64,000 bases of DNA, from assembly GCA_964016885.1 (NCBI GenBank), contig OZ024746.1, forward strand, positions 54,870,001 to 54,934,000. Direction: 5' to 3'. The notes beneath the pieces are model-generated. The model did not search any database, was not told the DNA's origin, and saw nothing but the letters and a program-made list of their open reading frames with translations. Made by a program: the position numbers and the translations under genes. This DNA is from Eledone cirrhosa (lineage: Eukaryota). Below, piece after piece: positions 30,867 through 53,990 of this stretch; positions within the stretch are counted from its first letter, which is position 1; each line of letters begins with the position of its first letter.

Positions 30867-30978
30867 TGCTTACAAATGTTTCCACGGTGGTTATACAGCC
30901 TAGTTATGCTATGTGCAAATTTATAACTATTTGCAAAACTCAATTATAAAATGCTGTGACCACTGTATCATCAGAGCA
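30867..30978 (-). ncRNA. Type I hammerhead motif with long stem II
   Basis: Minus strand TGCT-CTGATGA-TACAGTGGT...ACCACCGTG-GAAA-CATTTG-TA-AGCA. Confidence 0.7.
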
Positions 30979-31539
30979 GAATGGTTAAATTGTACAATGT
31001 AAATACCCTTAAGTGAGGTTATTGGGGAAGATAGAGTAGAAAAGAAAGAGAGAAAAGAAGGGGAGAGGGAGAGAGAGAGAAAGATATGCAGGGGTTGGAG
31101 AAATCGGAGAGAGTTTTTTGTAGATACCTTAAGCAAAATGTTGGGGTAGGGGTTTTATTATACTGGTTACATTTAAAGCGACCGCCTTAAGGGTTGCGTT
31201 GATAGTAAGGTTGGAATTATTTATTGCCACAGCGGGCAGGTTCATAGATGTGGAGAGGGAGGTAGGTGACCCAGGGCGAGAGAGAGAGAGGAATGGATAG
31301 AGAGGGAGAGATAGAGAGGCGATAGACGAGAGCTATGGGATCGGTGTAAATTGCACTAAGTTTCCATTTATAGTGATAAGCATGGTATTGTGGGAAGAGA
31401 AAGTGGTTAGCTAGAAAGCAATGTTATAGTTAGGGTTCGAATGTTAAGTTATTTTATAGTGAGAGAATTTAGCCTTCAGTTTGTGGTTGCAGTATAATGA
31501 TCGTTCGATTCTATCATTTATTAATTTATTTTTAGATTT

Positions 31540-31900
31540 TAAGATGTAAAAGAGTTCAAGGTTAAATAACGTACAGTACATCAATCCTCACCGATAGGCT
31601 GGAAAGTATATTCCATATCAAGGTGAACTGTTGGTTGTGTTCACGGAGTTGCCAGGACTTGTTGGCCAGCGTGGTCACAAAACAGTGATTAGGATGTTTA
31701 ATTGAGAATCGATGACGATATCAGCGAGATTTGAAGAGGTAGTGTAGACCCGATGTAAAACCACTTCTGGTCGTTCGATTAAACAGTGCATTTGTAAACA
31801 ATGTTGGACTTTAGGCATTTATTGTTCAATGGATATATTTCAGGTAGGTGGCAGTTACTGATTTTGTTGTGGGTAGCGGGTATACCATGGATAGGTTGGA
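31540..31900 (-). pseudogene. Penelope-like GIY-YIG endonuclease remnant
   Basis: [37 protein letters not shown], then frameshifted FKSR*YRH...TTLANKSWQLREHNQQFTLIWNIL. Confidence 0.8.
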
Positions 31901-31909
31901 ATAGCAGAA

Positions 31910-32740
<831 letters not shown>

Positions 32741-32799
32741 GATATTAAACAAATAATGAATAAAACAATGAAACAGTTCCTTATATTAAACAAAAAAAG

Positions 32800-32953
32800 T
32801 TCATTATTTAACGATCGTTTCTAGGATATATATGTGTTAGAATTGGCATGCATATTCAACAGATCTATGTACAAAATTATACAAAATTATACAAACTATC
32901 AAGATTAAATATACATACCAACACATATATACGCCGTCTTCAGAAATAATGAA
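32800..32953 (-). ncRNA. Hammerhead motif, left palindrome arm
   Basis: Mirror of 38598-38751. Confidence 0.75.
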
Positions 32954-33595
32954 ATATATTTATTGATAATAACAACAATTCAAAATTTCAGGTCCGTTTG
33001 GGAACAAAATTGACCAATGAAAATACAAAAGGTTTTATGCAGTTCGGTGTGTGTATATACATGTAACTACCCCGTACACATATTTATACAAAAATGTATG
33101 CTCAACATGCATACGCATCCCAAAAAGATGCATGCAAATACAAAATTTCAAGGTTAATGTCTCTGTAAGTTTATAATGCACAGATAAGATGCGTATAGAC
33201 ACATAAATATGAAATAAGTGTATACACATATTCTCATACTCACACATATCCGTACAATCACACACACGCGCGCGTATATGCATAAACATACACATAATTA
33301 CGAACATACATACACACACACACCCCCACACACATATATATATATGTGGATATAATATTATCATAAGCACATGGATATTAATTCACTCACATAAACACTG
33401 CCACACACATTTAGATCAAGATACAGAAATTAGGTGGGAGGGGGGGAGAGGTCAGTATTCAACGGTTTGGGCAGACTGCTTATTTATAGATGTATCTATA
33501 AACTAAGAAATAAAAAATAAAAATTAAAAAGGAAAGAAAAGAAAAAGAAAAAAGAAAAAGAAATATATCAAGAAAATATATATATATATATATAT

Positions 33596-33646
<51 letters not shown>

Positions 33647-33738
33647 CATACACATACACACATCTACACTTAGAACATACATACACACACATATATAAAC
33701 ATATACATATACACACATACACACATATACACACATAC

Positions 33739-33776
<38 letters not shown>

Positions 33777-34059
33777 CCATATATACACATATAATCACAC
33801 ATACATATATAGACACACATATATATACACATACACGCACATATACATACACATACATACTTATATACATACAGATATATACATACATACCTATATATAC
33901 ACACAAATACATACAGACATACATACATACATACACACAAATACTTACGCATCCATATATCGGTATATACATACAAACACCACTACACTCTCACACAACT
34001 CAGACATACAAAGAAAAAGGTATATACCTATACACATATACATATACAAATAGAGATAC

Positions 34060-34115
<56 letters not shown>

Positions 34116-34698
34116 ACACATATACACACATATATATACATACACATACAAACATGTACACACACATACATATACATACATACATACACACATACACACA
34201 TACATATAAAGTCATACATACACATACACCTACACGAACATACACATACACATATATAAAGATATATATACACACAGACACATACACACACACACATATA
34301 TATAAAAAATAAAGATATATATATATATATATATACATATATATACATACATATATATATATATACATATATATATATACATACACATATACATAGACAC
34401 ACATGTACATACATACACATACATACATACATATACACACATATATATATATATATATACACACATAGACACATACATACATACACACACAACATACATA
34501 CACACACATATATACTCATACATAGACATAGATATATATTCAAACATACATACGCACTTACATATACTCATATATACAAATACATACGCATCCATATATG
34601 CGTATATACATACAATCACGACTACACTCTCACATAACTCAGACATACAAAGAAAAAGGTATATAGATATACATATATACACACATTAATAGAGATAC

Positions 34699-34735
<37 letters not shown>

Positions 34736-34946
34736 CATTTATATATATACACCCACACACACATACAACCATAAACACACATACAAACACACACATACAA
34801 AAATATATACATACATATATATATACACACACACAAAAAACACACATACACATATATATATTTTTACACATATATATACACATATATATACACACATACA
34901 CACCCTCACATATACACACATACACATAAGTTATATTATAATAATA

Positions 34947-34987
<41 letters not shown>

Positions 34988-35228
34988 CGAATATAGACAT
35001 ATATACACACATAGATATACATATATATATACATATACACACACACACACACACACTCACATATATATGTGCGCACACGTACATATATACACATACACAC
35101 ATATACACATAAACACATACATGTGCATACATGTACATACACACATATACCCACATAGATACGAAGATAGACATATATATAGAGAGACATACATATATAT
35201 ACACACATATATATATATATACATACAT

Positions 35229-35273
<45 letters not shown>

Positions 35274-36285
35274 TACACGCCCACACACATATACACATAT
35301 ACACATATATATATATATATACATACACATACACATACATATACACATGCATATATACACATATATATATATACATACACACATATATATACACACAATC
35401 TTACATTCTTATTTGCATGCGCATATATGTATTTTTATATTCAGATATAAATACCCAAACATATATACACCTACCTACATATATATTCATACATACACGC
35501 TTACAAACACAGATGATAATAGTATGGGGGAAAGGGGGGGTTGGAGAAGGGGATTATAGTAAATATATGTTTCAAGAAACATAGAATATTATCTGTATCT
35601 GGATCCAATGTATGTTTTTACATAGTTTCAGTGTTAGGAAATACAAGAAATAAGGCAAAATATATGCATTTCAAAATAAGTATACCATTAATTATATGTT
35701 AACTAAACTAAAGATAGTTAACATATTGATTTCTAAGGTGTAAATTAGTTTGGTTTATAATGTTTGAAGCAGAATTTTGAAGTTAAATAGTAGTAGAGTA
35801 TTAATTATAGTATAACTAAATTAAAGTTATTAACGTTATGGTATCTATCTTTAGTTTAGTTAACATATAATTAATGGTATACTTATTTTGAAATGCATAT
35901 ATTTTGCCTTATTTCTTGTATTTCCTAACACTGAAACTATGTAAAAACATACATTGGATCCAGATACAGATAATATTCTATGTTTCTTGAAACATATATT
36001 TACTATAATCCCCTTCTCCAACCCCCCCCTTTCCCCCATACTATTATCATCTGTGTTTGTAAGTGTGTATGTATGAATATATATGTAGGTAGGTGTATAT
36101 ATGTTTGGGTATTTATATCTGAATATAAAAATACATATATGCGCATGCAAATAAGAATGTAAGATTGTGTGTATATATATGTGTGTATGTATATATATAT
36201 GTGTATATATGCATGTGTATATGTATGTGTATGTGTATGTATATATATATATATGTGTATATGTGTATATGTGTGTGGGCGTGTA

Positions 36286-36328
<43 letters not shown>

Positions 36329-36567
36329 ATGTATGTATATATATATATATGTGTGTATATATATGTATGTCTCTCTATATATATGTCTATCTTCGTATCT
36401 ATGTGGGTATATGTGTGTATGTACATATATGCACATGTATGTGTTTATGTGTATATGTGTGTATGTGTATATATGTACGTGTGCGCACATATATATGTGA
36501 GTGTATGTGTGTGTGTGTATATGTATATATATATGTATATCTATGCGTGTATATATGTCTATATTCG

Positions 36568-36598
<31 letters not shown>

Positions 36599-37169
36599 TA
36601 TTTATTATTATAATATAACTTATGTGTATGTGTGTATATGTGAGGGTGTGTATGTGTGTATATATATGTGTATATATATGTGTAAAAATATATATATGTG
36701 TATGTGTGTTTTTTGTGTGTGTGTATATATATATGTATGTATATATGTGTGTATGTGTGTGTTTGTATGTGTGTTTATGGTTGTATGTGTGTGTGGGTGT
36801 ATACATATAAATGTATGTGTATATATATATATATATATATATGTGTATATGTATCTCTATTAATGTGTGTATATATGTATATCTATATACCTTTTTCTTT
36901 GTATGACTGAGTTATGTGAGAGTGTAGTCGTGATTGTATGTATATACGCATATATGGATGCGTATGTATTTGTATATATGAGTATATGTAAGTGCGTATG
37001 TATGTTTGAATATATATCTATGTCTATGTATGAGTATATATGTGTGTGTATGTATGTTGTGTGTGTATGTATGTATGTGTCTATGTGTGTATATATATAT
37101 ATATATATATGTGTATATGTATGTATGTATGTGTATGTATGTACATGTGTGTCTATGTATATGTGTATG

Positions 37170-37202
<33 letters not shown>

Positions 37203-37455
37203 GTATGTATATATATGTATATATATATATATATATATATCTTTATTTTTTATATATATGTGTGTGTGTGTATGTGTGTGTGTGTATATATATCTTTATA
37301 TATGTGTATGTGTATGTTCGTGTAGGTGTATGTGTGTGTATGACTTTATATGTATGTGTGTATGTGTGTATGTATGTATATGTATGTGTGTGTACATGTT
37401 TGTATGTGTATGTATATATATGTGTGTATATGTGTATGTATATATATATATATAT

Positions 37456-37487
<32 letters not shown>

Positions 37488-37770
37488 GTATCTCTATTTG
37501 TATATGTATATGTGTATAGGTATATACCTTTTTCTTTGTATGTCTGAGTTGTGTGAGAGTGTAGTGGTGTTTGTATGTATATACCGATATATGGATGCGT
37601 AAGTATTTGTGTGTATGTATGTATGTATGTATGTATGTATTTGTGTGTATATATAGGTATGTATGTATATATCTGTATGTATATAAGTATGTATGTGTAT
37701 GTATATGTGCGTGTATGTGTATATATATGTGTGTCTATATATGTATGTGTGATTATATGTGTATATATGG

Positions 37771-37808
<38 letters not shown>

Positions 37809-37900
37809 GTATGTGTGTATATGTGTGTATGTGTGTATATGTATATGTTTATATATGTGTGTGTATGTATGTTCGAAGTGTAGATGTGTGTATGTGTATG

Positions 37901-37975
<75 letters not shown>

Positions 37976-38597
37976 TTTCTTGATATATTTCTTTTTCTTT
38001 TTTCTTTTTCTTTTGTTTCCTTTTTAATTTTTATTTTTTATTTCTTAGTTTATAGATACATCTATAAATAAGCAGTCTGCCCAAACCGTTGAATACTGAC
38101 CTCTCCCCCCCTCCCACCTAATTTCTGTATCTTGATCTAAATGTGTGTGGCAGTGTTTATGTGAGTGAATTAATATCCATGTGCTTATGATAATATTATA
38201 TCCACATATATATATATGTGTGTGGGGGTGTGTGTGTGTATGTATGTTCGTAATTATGTGTATGTTTATGCATATACGCGCGCGTGTGTGTGATTGTACG
38301 GATATGTGTGAGTATGAGAATATGTGTATACACTTATTTCATATTTATGTGTCTATACGCATCTTATCTGTGCATTATAAACTTACAGAGACATTAACCT
38401 TGAAATTTTGTATTTGCATGCATCTTTTTGGGATGCGTATGCATGTTGAGCATACATTTTTGTATAAATATGTGTACGGGGTAGTTAAATGTATATACAC
38501 ACACCGAACTGCATAAAACCTTTTGTATTTTCATTGGTCAATTTTGTTCCCAAACGGACCTGAAATTTTGAATTGTTGTTATTATCAATAAATATAT

Positions 38598-38751
38598 TTC
38601 ATTATTTCTGAAGACGGCGTATATATGTGTTGGTATGTATATTTAATCTTGATAGTTTGTATAATTTTGTATAATTTTGTACATAGATCTGTTGAATATG
38701 CATGCCAATTCTAACACATATATATCCTAGAAACGATCGTTAAATAATGAA
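38598..38751 (+). ncRNA. Type I hammerhead motif with ~115 nt stem II
   Basis: TTCATTATTT-CTGAAGA-CGGCGTATATATGTGTTGG...CTAACACATATATATCCTA-GAAA-CGATCG-TT-AAATAATGAA. 10-bp perfect stem I, palindromic stem III ACGATCGT. Confidence 0.78.
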
Positions 38752-38947
38752 CTTTTTTTGTTTAATATAAGGAACTGTTTCATTGTTTTATTCATTATTT
38801 GTTTAATATTTTATCTTGACTCTGTATACCGTTTATCTTTCACCGAAAGTGATTTTTCATTACATCTCTTCTTTCCATGATATCCGGAATACATTGAGTT
38901 CTTCATACGGATTGGATACTACCGTAAACTCTTGGTAGATTTATCTA

Positions 38948-39790
<843 letters not shown>

Positions 39791-40558
39791 ATATTGTTAT
39801 ACTTGGGGAGGGTCATATTTGTGTAATATTGCCAGAATTAATAACAGAACACTCTCACTGTTTGGTTGGTTTTCGCTTCTCGCTTCTGTGTCTTTTATAT
39901 CGGTAATCTAACTTACTCGGTCCTCAATGTTGCCATTGACTGACCGACGGTCAAAAATAATACAGATACAATATAGACACAAACACATATATATATTTTA
40001 TCATAAATCTTTCGTTGCACATCTGCAACATCGTCAGTGGTGCTATCTTTTCCTCCTGTTGTATTGTATGTCTACGCCATTTTTATTCGGTCTGTCTATA
40101 TATTTATTTATTTATTTGCTTGTTTGTTTATTTTAAATTGTCTTCTTTGCGCATGCGTTTGCGTGTGTGTATAGTGTTTTGTTTGCTGTGTGATGGGTGA
40201 CTAGTGTGTGTTTATGTGCTTGTTGTTATTGTGCTTGTGTATGTATATATTTATTTATTTATTTATTTTATTTACTTATTTATACTTCTCTTAGGTCAGT
40301 GTTGTTTGTTTGGGTGTTGTTGTTATTCCATTCATTCTTTCTGTTTAGTCTTGGTCTTCTAATTTCTATTTCGCTGGCCTCTCTGATTTGCCTATCTGCT
40401 GGGTCATTTCTATGTTTAGATATTATTCTAATTTCTATGTTGTCTATGTTACCGTCATGTTGTTGTCTAGCATGTTCGTATAATACTGACCCGTTTTTTC
40501 GTCCTTTTAGTTCCCCCCAGTGTTGGTCTATCCTTTCACCTATGCTGTCTCACCTATT

Positions 40559-40773
40559 TATGTTGTTGTCATGTTTCTGCAAGTACCCTCTGTACATATT
40601 ATGCTATAGACTACGTTTCTAGTTTTACAGTTTATCCGGGGGTTTACCTTACATATGATACATAGGAAATGTATCATATGTAAGGTAAACCCCCAGATAA
40701 ACTGTAAAACTAGAAACGTAGTCTATAGCATAAGATGTACAGAGGGTACTTGCAGAAACATGACAACAACATA
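40559..40773. repeat. ~105 bp arm hairpin with 5 nt loop
   Basis: 40559-40663 is the reverse complement of 40669-40773 (about 2 mismatches). Confidence 0.92.
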
Positions 40774-40809
40774 TATATACATATATATATATATATATTA
40801 GGTATAGGA

Positions 40810-40955
40810 TGGTGGTCATAGCATTCGAAATTTGAGTTCTGCAAATACTTGTAAATGTGCACATAGCATAACTAGGCTGTAGTACCACCGTGGAAACATT
40901 TGTAAGCACACGGAGTAAATTAACTTTTTCTGATGTCTACCTGTTATTATTCATT

Positions 40956-40960
<5 letters not shown>
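40810..40960 (+). mobile_element. 3'-terminal fragment of the same PLE family as 30815-31910
   Basis: Diverged inverted match to 30815-30965. Retains ACCACCGTG-GAAA-CATTTG-TA-AGCA but not CTGATGA. Confidence 0.75.
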
Positions 40961-41036
<76 letters not shown>

Positions 41037-41069
41037 CATATATATATATACATAAATATATATATATAC

Positions 41070-41116
<47 letters not shown>

Positions 41117-41156
41117 TATTTACATATATATATATATATATATATGCATATATATT

Positions 41157-45531
<4,375 letters not shown>

Positions 45532-45663
45532 CAGAAAAAAAAAAAAAAAATCACTTATTGTCACTTATACGTACGACATACACACACGCGGATACATATG
45601 CGCGCACACAGCAACACTCATACAAACATACAAACAGACACACACACGCTACTCTACTCACTT

Positions 45664-45743
<80 letters not shown>

Positions 45744-45844
45744 CCGTCATTATTGATACAAGATTACAAGATTATGTCAACTGTTGACTTTCAAGAGTTT
45801 CTATTGTTGAAGCCGATCGTACTACAGTCCAGTATTATTATAAT

Positions 45845-46000
45845 TGCTTTACAGCATAGAGTCACGGCCCTCCACGCTCTGAGCTCAAATCCCGCCGAGG
45901 TCAACCTTGCCTTTCATCCACACGGAGTCAACAAAAGAGAGTACCATTGATGCGCTGGCCAGTCGCTGGATCCGTGCCAAAAGCAGAAAAATTATTATTA
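45845..46000 (+). mobile_element. SINE family A, partial
   Basis: Duplicate of 16290-16447. Confidence 0.75.
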
Positions 46001-46696
46001 AAGTTGTTTTCTTAAGACCCGGTCGCTGGTGATGGTGATGGCGGCGGCGGTAGTGGTGGTGGTGGCAGTTGATGTTGTTGTGTTGTGTGCGTGTGTGTGT
46101 TTTCTTATTTTGATTTTTTTTTTCCTTCTTTTTCTTTTTTTTTATCTTTTAATGCCGCTGTTGTTGTTGTAAATGTTCATTTCAGTTCATTCTGAAGCTG
46201 TTGTTGCTGAAACATTAGTGCCGGTGTTGTTGTAGATGTTGGGGTTGAAATCTGGTCGTTTGACTGAGTGATGTATATACACACATATACATACATATGT
46301 ATATATACACATTCAATAGAGAGTAAAGAGTTTGACAACAGGTCGATGACTTTAGTCTAGATAGGGTAATGACATGTGATGGTGGGGAGAGAGTGTAGAA
46401 GTTATTGTGGTGGCGGGGGACAGTACGATGTATCTAGTTCATTTGAGGGAGCTTATAGATAGGACAACACACGCTGTCTTTTCGTGGGGTAAGTTTTTAA
46501 TTAATTTTTGTATTCTGAAACATCAAAATACAACAATTTGTTGGTCACTGGACTCGGGAATGTCACGACAGAAGTTTGTGGAAGTTACACAAATATTTTA
46601 GTATATTTTAGCAGGGCAATCCTTATTTATATTTTACATTTTACATTTACTTACATCTCAATATAACATGGCTAAAATTCAAATATATATATATAC

Positions 46697-46744
<48 letters not shown>

Positions 46745-46762
46745 ATATATATATATATATAC

Positions 46763-46854
<92 letters not shown>

Positions 46855-47219
46855 GAGAGAGAGATAGATAGAGTGATGTACAAAACACAATATATTAAAC
46901 AATTCTAAGAAAAATCTGATGTAGGATATAGATAGAAATTATGAACCTGGCAACGACTGTTAATGAAAATAGAAATATTAGAATTTTTATATTTGCTCCA
47001 GTGTCAAAAACTGTTAACTTCAGATTCTTACCAATGACAGGTTTTGTTCGTTTTCCGCTACTCTATCTTTTCTTTGTCGTGCAAAATATCTGGCTTACAT
47101 ACAAAGAAAATCAATTAATTTCATAATCTATAAAAGATTCTGAGCTGTACTGCGTTGTGTTTCATGATATGAACCCCGGATATTATATCGGTAGGTACCT
47201 GGTTATTTGAAATCTCCCC

Positions 47220-47261
<42 letters not shown>

Positions 47262-47277
47262 CATGTATGTATATATA

Positions 47278-48196
47278 CGAGGCTTGCCAGAAAAGCTCCA
47301 GGACATATGTCACAAAAGATTCATTTGAAACCCAAACTTCACATTAAGAGTTTTCTCGTTCAAAGTAATCCCCCCTGGAGTAGTCTAATGCACTTGTCCA
47401 TCCTTTTCTGCCACGCTTGCATGAACTCCTGGAAGGATTCTTCCAGGATCCTCCGCAGTTCCGTTGTCACGGCCTTTTGATGTCATCCATGTCTTCAAAA
47501 CGGGGCCCCTCCGGGTCGTACTCGAAGATCCATGACGCAACACTGGTGATGACTGTCCCTAGCAAATCTGGTACGGTTTCAAGACGCTCGAGGATGTCCT
47601 GGCACACTTGCATGCGTCGACCCTTCTGGTCATCGTTCAGCAGTTTTGGCACCATCTTCGCGCAGACTTTCCGCATGTCCAAATCTTCAGTGAGAATATT
47701 CCAGACGCTGTCCCGATACATGCCCAGCTCATTTGCCATCAGTAGAACAGTCAGCCGACGATCGCTACGCACCATTTGCCTGACGCGCTCAACGTTGACC
47801 TCAGTACTGGTTGTTGAGGGCCTTCCTCTCCTGGGGTCATCTTCCACGTCCTCGCGTCCTTCTTTAAACCTCTTGCACCACTCAAAAACACGTGAGCGTG
47901 ACATCGTCTCATCTCCATACACTTGCTTCAGCAATCCCAGTGCTTCTGACGGAGTTTTCTCCAACCGCACCAGAAACTTCAAGTTTGTTCGTTGCTCTGT
48001 GCCCATTGCTTGACGACCTGAAACAAAGGACATGTATATAAAATTATGAAGAAAAAAGTTTGATCGCTGCAGAGAGCTAAGATTACAGTAACATACTCCA
48101 GGGGGATTACTTTGAAGGAGAAAACTCTAAGTGTGAAGTTTGGGTTTGAAATAAATCTTTTGTGACATCAGTCCTGGAACTTTTCTGACACACCTC

Positions 48197-48197
<1 letters not shown>
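47278..48197 (-). mobile_element. Internally deleted mariner-like transposon
   Basis: TA flanks, CGAGG termini, ~105 bp imperfect TIRs (47278-47382 / 48094-48197). Confidence 0.92.
47345..48033 (-). pseudogene. Mariner transposase with most of the catalytic domain deleted
   Basis: EQR..KF, YG...MSRSRVFEW..RF..GRE...DDPR.GRP, KVCAKMVPKLL. WIFEYDPE is fused directly to GPRFEDMDDIK; C-terminal GDYFE lies in another frame. Confidence 0.9.
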
Positions 48198-48277
<80 letters not shown>

Positions 48278-48682
48278 TGTGTGGTCTACCTTTCTATACC
48301 GTAGTTAGAACCCATTGTATTGCGTTAGCAAGTAGTTCAGTGAGATCCAGAGAATGGTTTTGTGTTTCGCTGAGTCAATCCTAGAGATACAGAGTCTGAT
48401 ATATCAGATGTTAGTCTAACAATGATAGTAATAACAAAGGCAAGTTATTTTACATATTTCATTCATTGTTTTACGATCATTTTGGAGGTTTGAGCATATT
48501 GATATATTTACTGATCTATAACAGTTGTAGAACTGTATACTATCAGTCATGATATATGAGTTCGATCATACCGTCTTCAGGCTACACTTTTCTAAACAAT
48601 GTCTGCTTTATGTCTCCCTATTTATATACAATATACCTGTTATGGTTATATAGCTTCTAATTGAATAGAAAGAAGCACGGGT

Positions 48683-48753
48683 GGCGTATATGTGTAATGG
48701 TAACACATTGGTCTTGCAAACCAAAGATGCGGGGTCGTGTCCCATGTACGCAA
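48683..48753 (+). pseudogene. tRNA-Ala(UGC)-like pseudogene or SINE head
   Basis: GCGTAT/GTACGC acceptor, GTGT/ACAC D stem, TTGGT-CTTGCAA-ACCAA anticodon arm, degenerate T loop (GGTCGTGTC). Confidence 0.5.
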
Positions 48754-48893
48754 TACTCACCCTTTTCTCCATGCAGAGGTTTTTTTTTTAAAATCCCAAC
48801 TAACAGACTAATTCTATATACGGCATAATCAGATGTTACTACCTAATTTTCAAATTCGCTAGCTGTTTGTGTCTACGTATTTACACACACACA

Positions 48894-48966
<73 letters not shown>

Positions 48967-50058
48967 CATACAGAAGACAAAGATAGCAACGGTGTTTAAC
49001 CTAATATCATATGTTCTTTATAATTTACATCCATTTATCCATCTCTCTTTCTCTCTCTCTCTCTCTCACTCTCGCTTTCTCTCACTCACTCTCGCTTTCT
49101 CTTTTTCTGTCACACACTCTCGCTTTCTCTCTTTCTCCCTTTCTTTCTCTCACTCATTCACTCACTCTCTCTCACTCGCTTTATATATAATTGTTTCTAC
49201 GTTAGGCACAAGGCCAGCAATAAACCAGTGTATTACTTGTACTTTATTTTATCGACCCGTAACGGCGGGATTTATATATAATAGTGTCTAATAATAGGGC
49301 ATATCGCCACCCCCACCCATGGCGATATAAAAAATAAGAATTAGCGTGCGCGGGGAACAGAAATCAGACTTATTTTCGTGTTAACTTAACTATAGCGTTC
49401 TAGTATACGTATCACAAAATTAGAGTGTTGAGTTCGATTTGCACACAGGCTAATGCCCAATTTTTCCGTTATGAGGGTTCATATACTCTAATTTTAGATT
49501 ATATTCACTAGAATTGAGGTGAAACCTAATTCTATTTTCAACACACACACACACATACACAGACACAGAGACAGACACACACACACACACACACACAATA
49601 GATGGCGTAGTGGAAAAATATATTAGAAAATATAACGGTAAGATGGATGGTCCTATTATTCCAGTCAACCTCTGGAAATCAGTACAATTTTTGGTGCATT
49701 AAGATTCATACCATCCATTCCAGTGCACATTGTGGCATAACAAAACAAGCAATGATGGGTCAGGCGTTTAGGCAATTTAAACAAATATCGAGTGCGCTAG
49801 GGCTTAGCCAAATTAGAAAAAAATATATAGAATGGGGAAAAATAGTCAAACAGTGTCGTTTCTTTGTCTACCCAATGGTTATATAGGTATATATATATAT
49901 AATACGCTTCTATATATCTATCCATGTATCCATTTGTTAATTTTATCCATCAAAATGTTACAAGTCGTATCTATATATCGAATGGGTATATCGAAGCAAA
50001 ATTGACTGTGTATTTTTACTTTACGCCATCCATATGTATAATATATTGCGTGTGTTTA

Positions 50059-50059
<1 letters not shown>

Positions 50060-50157
<98 letters not shown>

Positions 50158-50181
50158 GATATATATATGATATATATATAC

Positions 50182-50219
<38 letters not shown>

Positions 50220-50560
50220 TTGATATATATGTATATATATGATATATATATATATGATATATAAGTATGTATATATATGATATATATTTATGTATATATA
50301 TGATATGTATATATATATGATATATGTGTATGTATATATATGATTTGTATGTATATATATATGTATGTATATATATGATATATATATATGTATGTATATA
50401 TATATGTTATATATATATATATTAATATATATGTATGTATATATATGATATATATATATATATATATATATGTATGTTTCTATATGTTATATATATATAG
50501 ATATATATGTATGTATTTATATGATAATATATATATATAGATATAGATAGGTAGATATAC
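50060..50560. repeat. TA/GATAT-variant microsatellite
   Basis: Direct reading. Confidence 0.9.
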
Positions 50561-50711
50561 ACGGGTGTGTATGATTGTGTATAGAAGATTATATTAATAA
50601 GAGGAATTCCAACGTTGTCTGATTTTACTCGTTTTATTTACAATCCTTTAAAATATATAATGGTATTATAATGAAATAGTATGATAGAATATTAAATTCT
50701 AAGTGTTAGTT

Positions 50712-50748
50712 GAACAAGTACTTTCATGCTTTCGCAATCTTCAGGTTC
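50712..50748 (-). ncRNA. Minimal hammerhead motif
   Basis: Mirror of 51354-51390. Confidence 0.75.
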
Positions 50749-51353
50749 ATAATATGTGGTGACAGTCGAGTTTGCAATTTTCAACTGTAATGAGATGGGT
50801 AAATTTCCTACCTTTTATACATTTTATACAGAGAAAAGTGGCTCCAGATTGCTAAGCCCTGTAAACTGTATTTCGACCAATCAGTGTGTAGTTTCACTGA
50901 ATTACTAAAGCTGATTGGTTTAAGCGTCACGGGCTGGTTGAGCATGCTAACGACCAATGAACATATCCAAAAGCATCAATTGTTTTGCTATGTTTAGAAA
51001 TGATAAAAATACCATTTTCTATTAATCATCACCATCAACATCACTTTTATTATTATTATTATTGTTGTTATTGTTGTTGTTGTTAGTGGTCAGTGGTCAT
51101 AGTGGTAGTTGGAGTAGTACCCCTAGGCGTTATTATTGTTCATTTAGCTTGGGTTTGAATTTATCAATGTTGGAGTAGTACCCCTAGGCGTTATTATTGT
51201 TCATTTAGCTTGGGTTTGAATTTATCAATAAAATTCTTTTCGTTGACTTTTCTCTTGATTTCACTTTTCTCTGTATAAAATGTATAAAAGGTAGGAAATT
51301 TACCCATCTCATTACAGTTGAAAATTGCAAACTCGACTGTCACCACATATTAC

Positions 51354-51390
51354 GAACCTGAAGATTGCGAAAGCATGAAAGTACTTGTTC
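51354..51390 (+). ncRNA. Minimal hammerhead motif (37 nt)
   Basis: GAAC-CTGAAGA-TTGC GAAA GCAT-GAAA-GTAC-TT-GTTC. Palindromic stem III AGTACT. Confidence 0.75.
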
Positions 51391-51509
51391 AACTAACACT
51401 TAGAATTTAATATTCTATCATACTATGTCATTATAATACCATTATATATTTTAAAGGATTGTAAATAAAACGAGTAAATCAGACAACGTTGGAATTCCTC
51501 TTATTAATA

Positions 51510-53986
<2,477 letters not shown>

Positions 53987-53990
<4 letters not shown>

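Larger units (their letters stand above)
32743..38809. repeat. 6 kb near-perfect palindrome (arms ~2.97 kb, spacer ~127 bp)
   Basis: 32743-35717 is the reverse complement of 35845-38809. Mirror ORFs (33035-33370 and 38181-38516) differ by one residue. Confidence 0.95.

Noticed and set aside
46900-46990. Hammerhead-like CTGATGT...GAAA
   Set aside because: Core mutated, no valid UH site or stem II.
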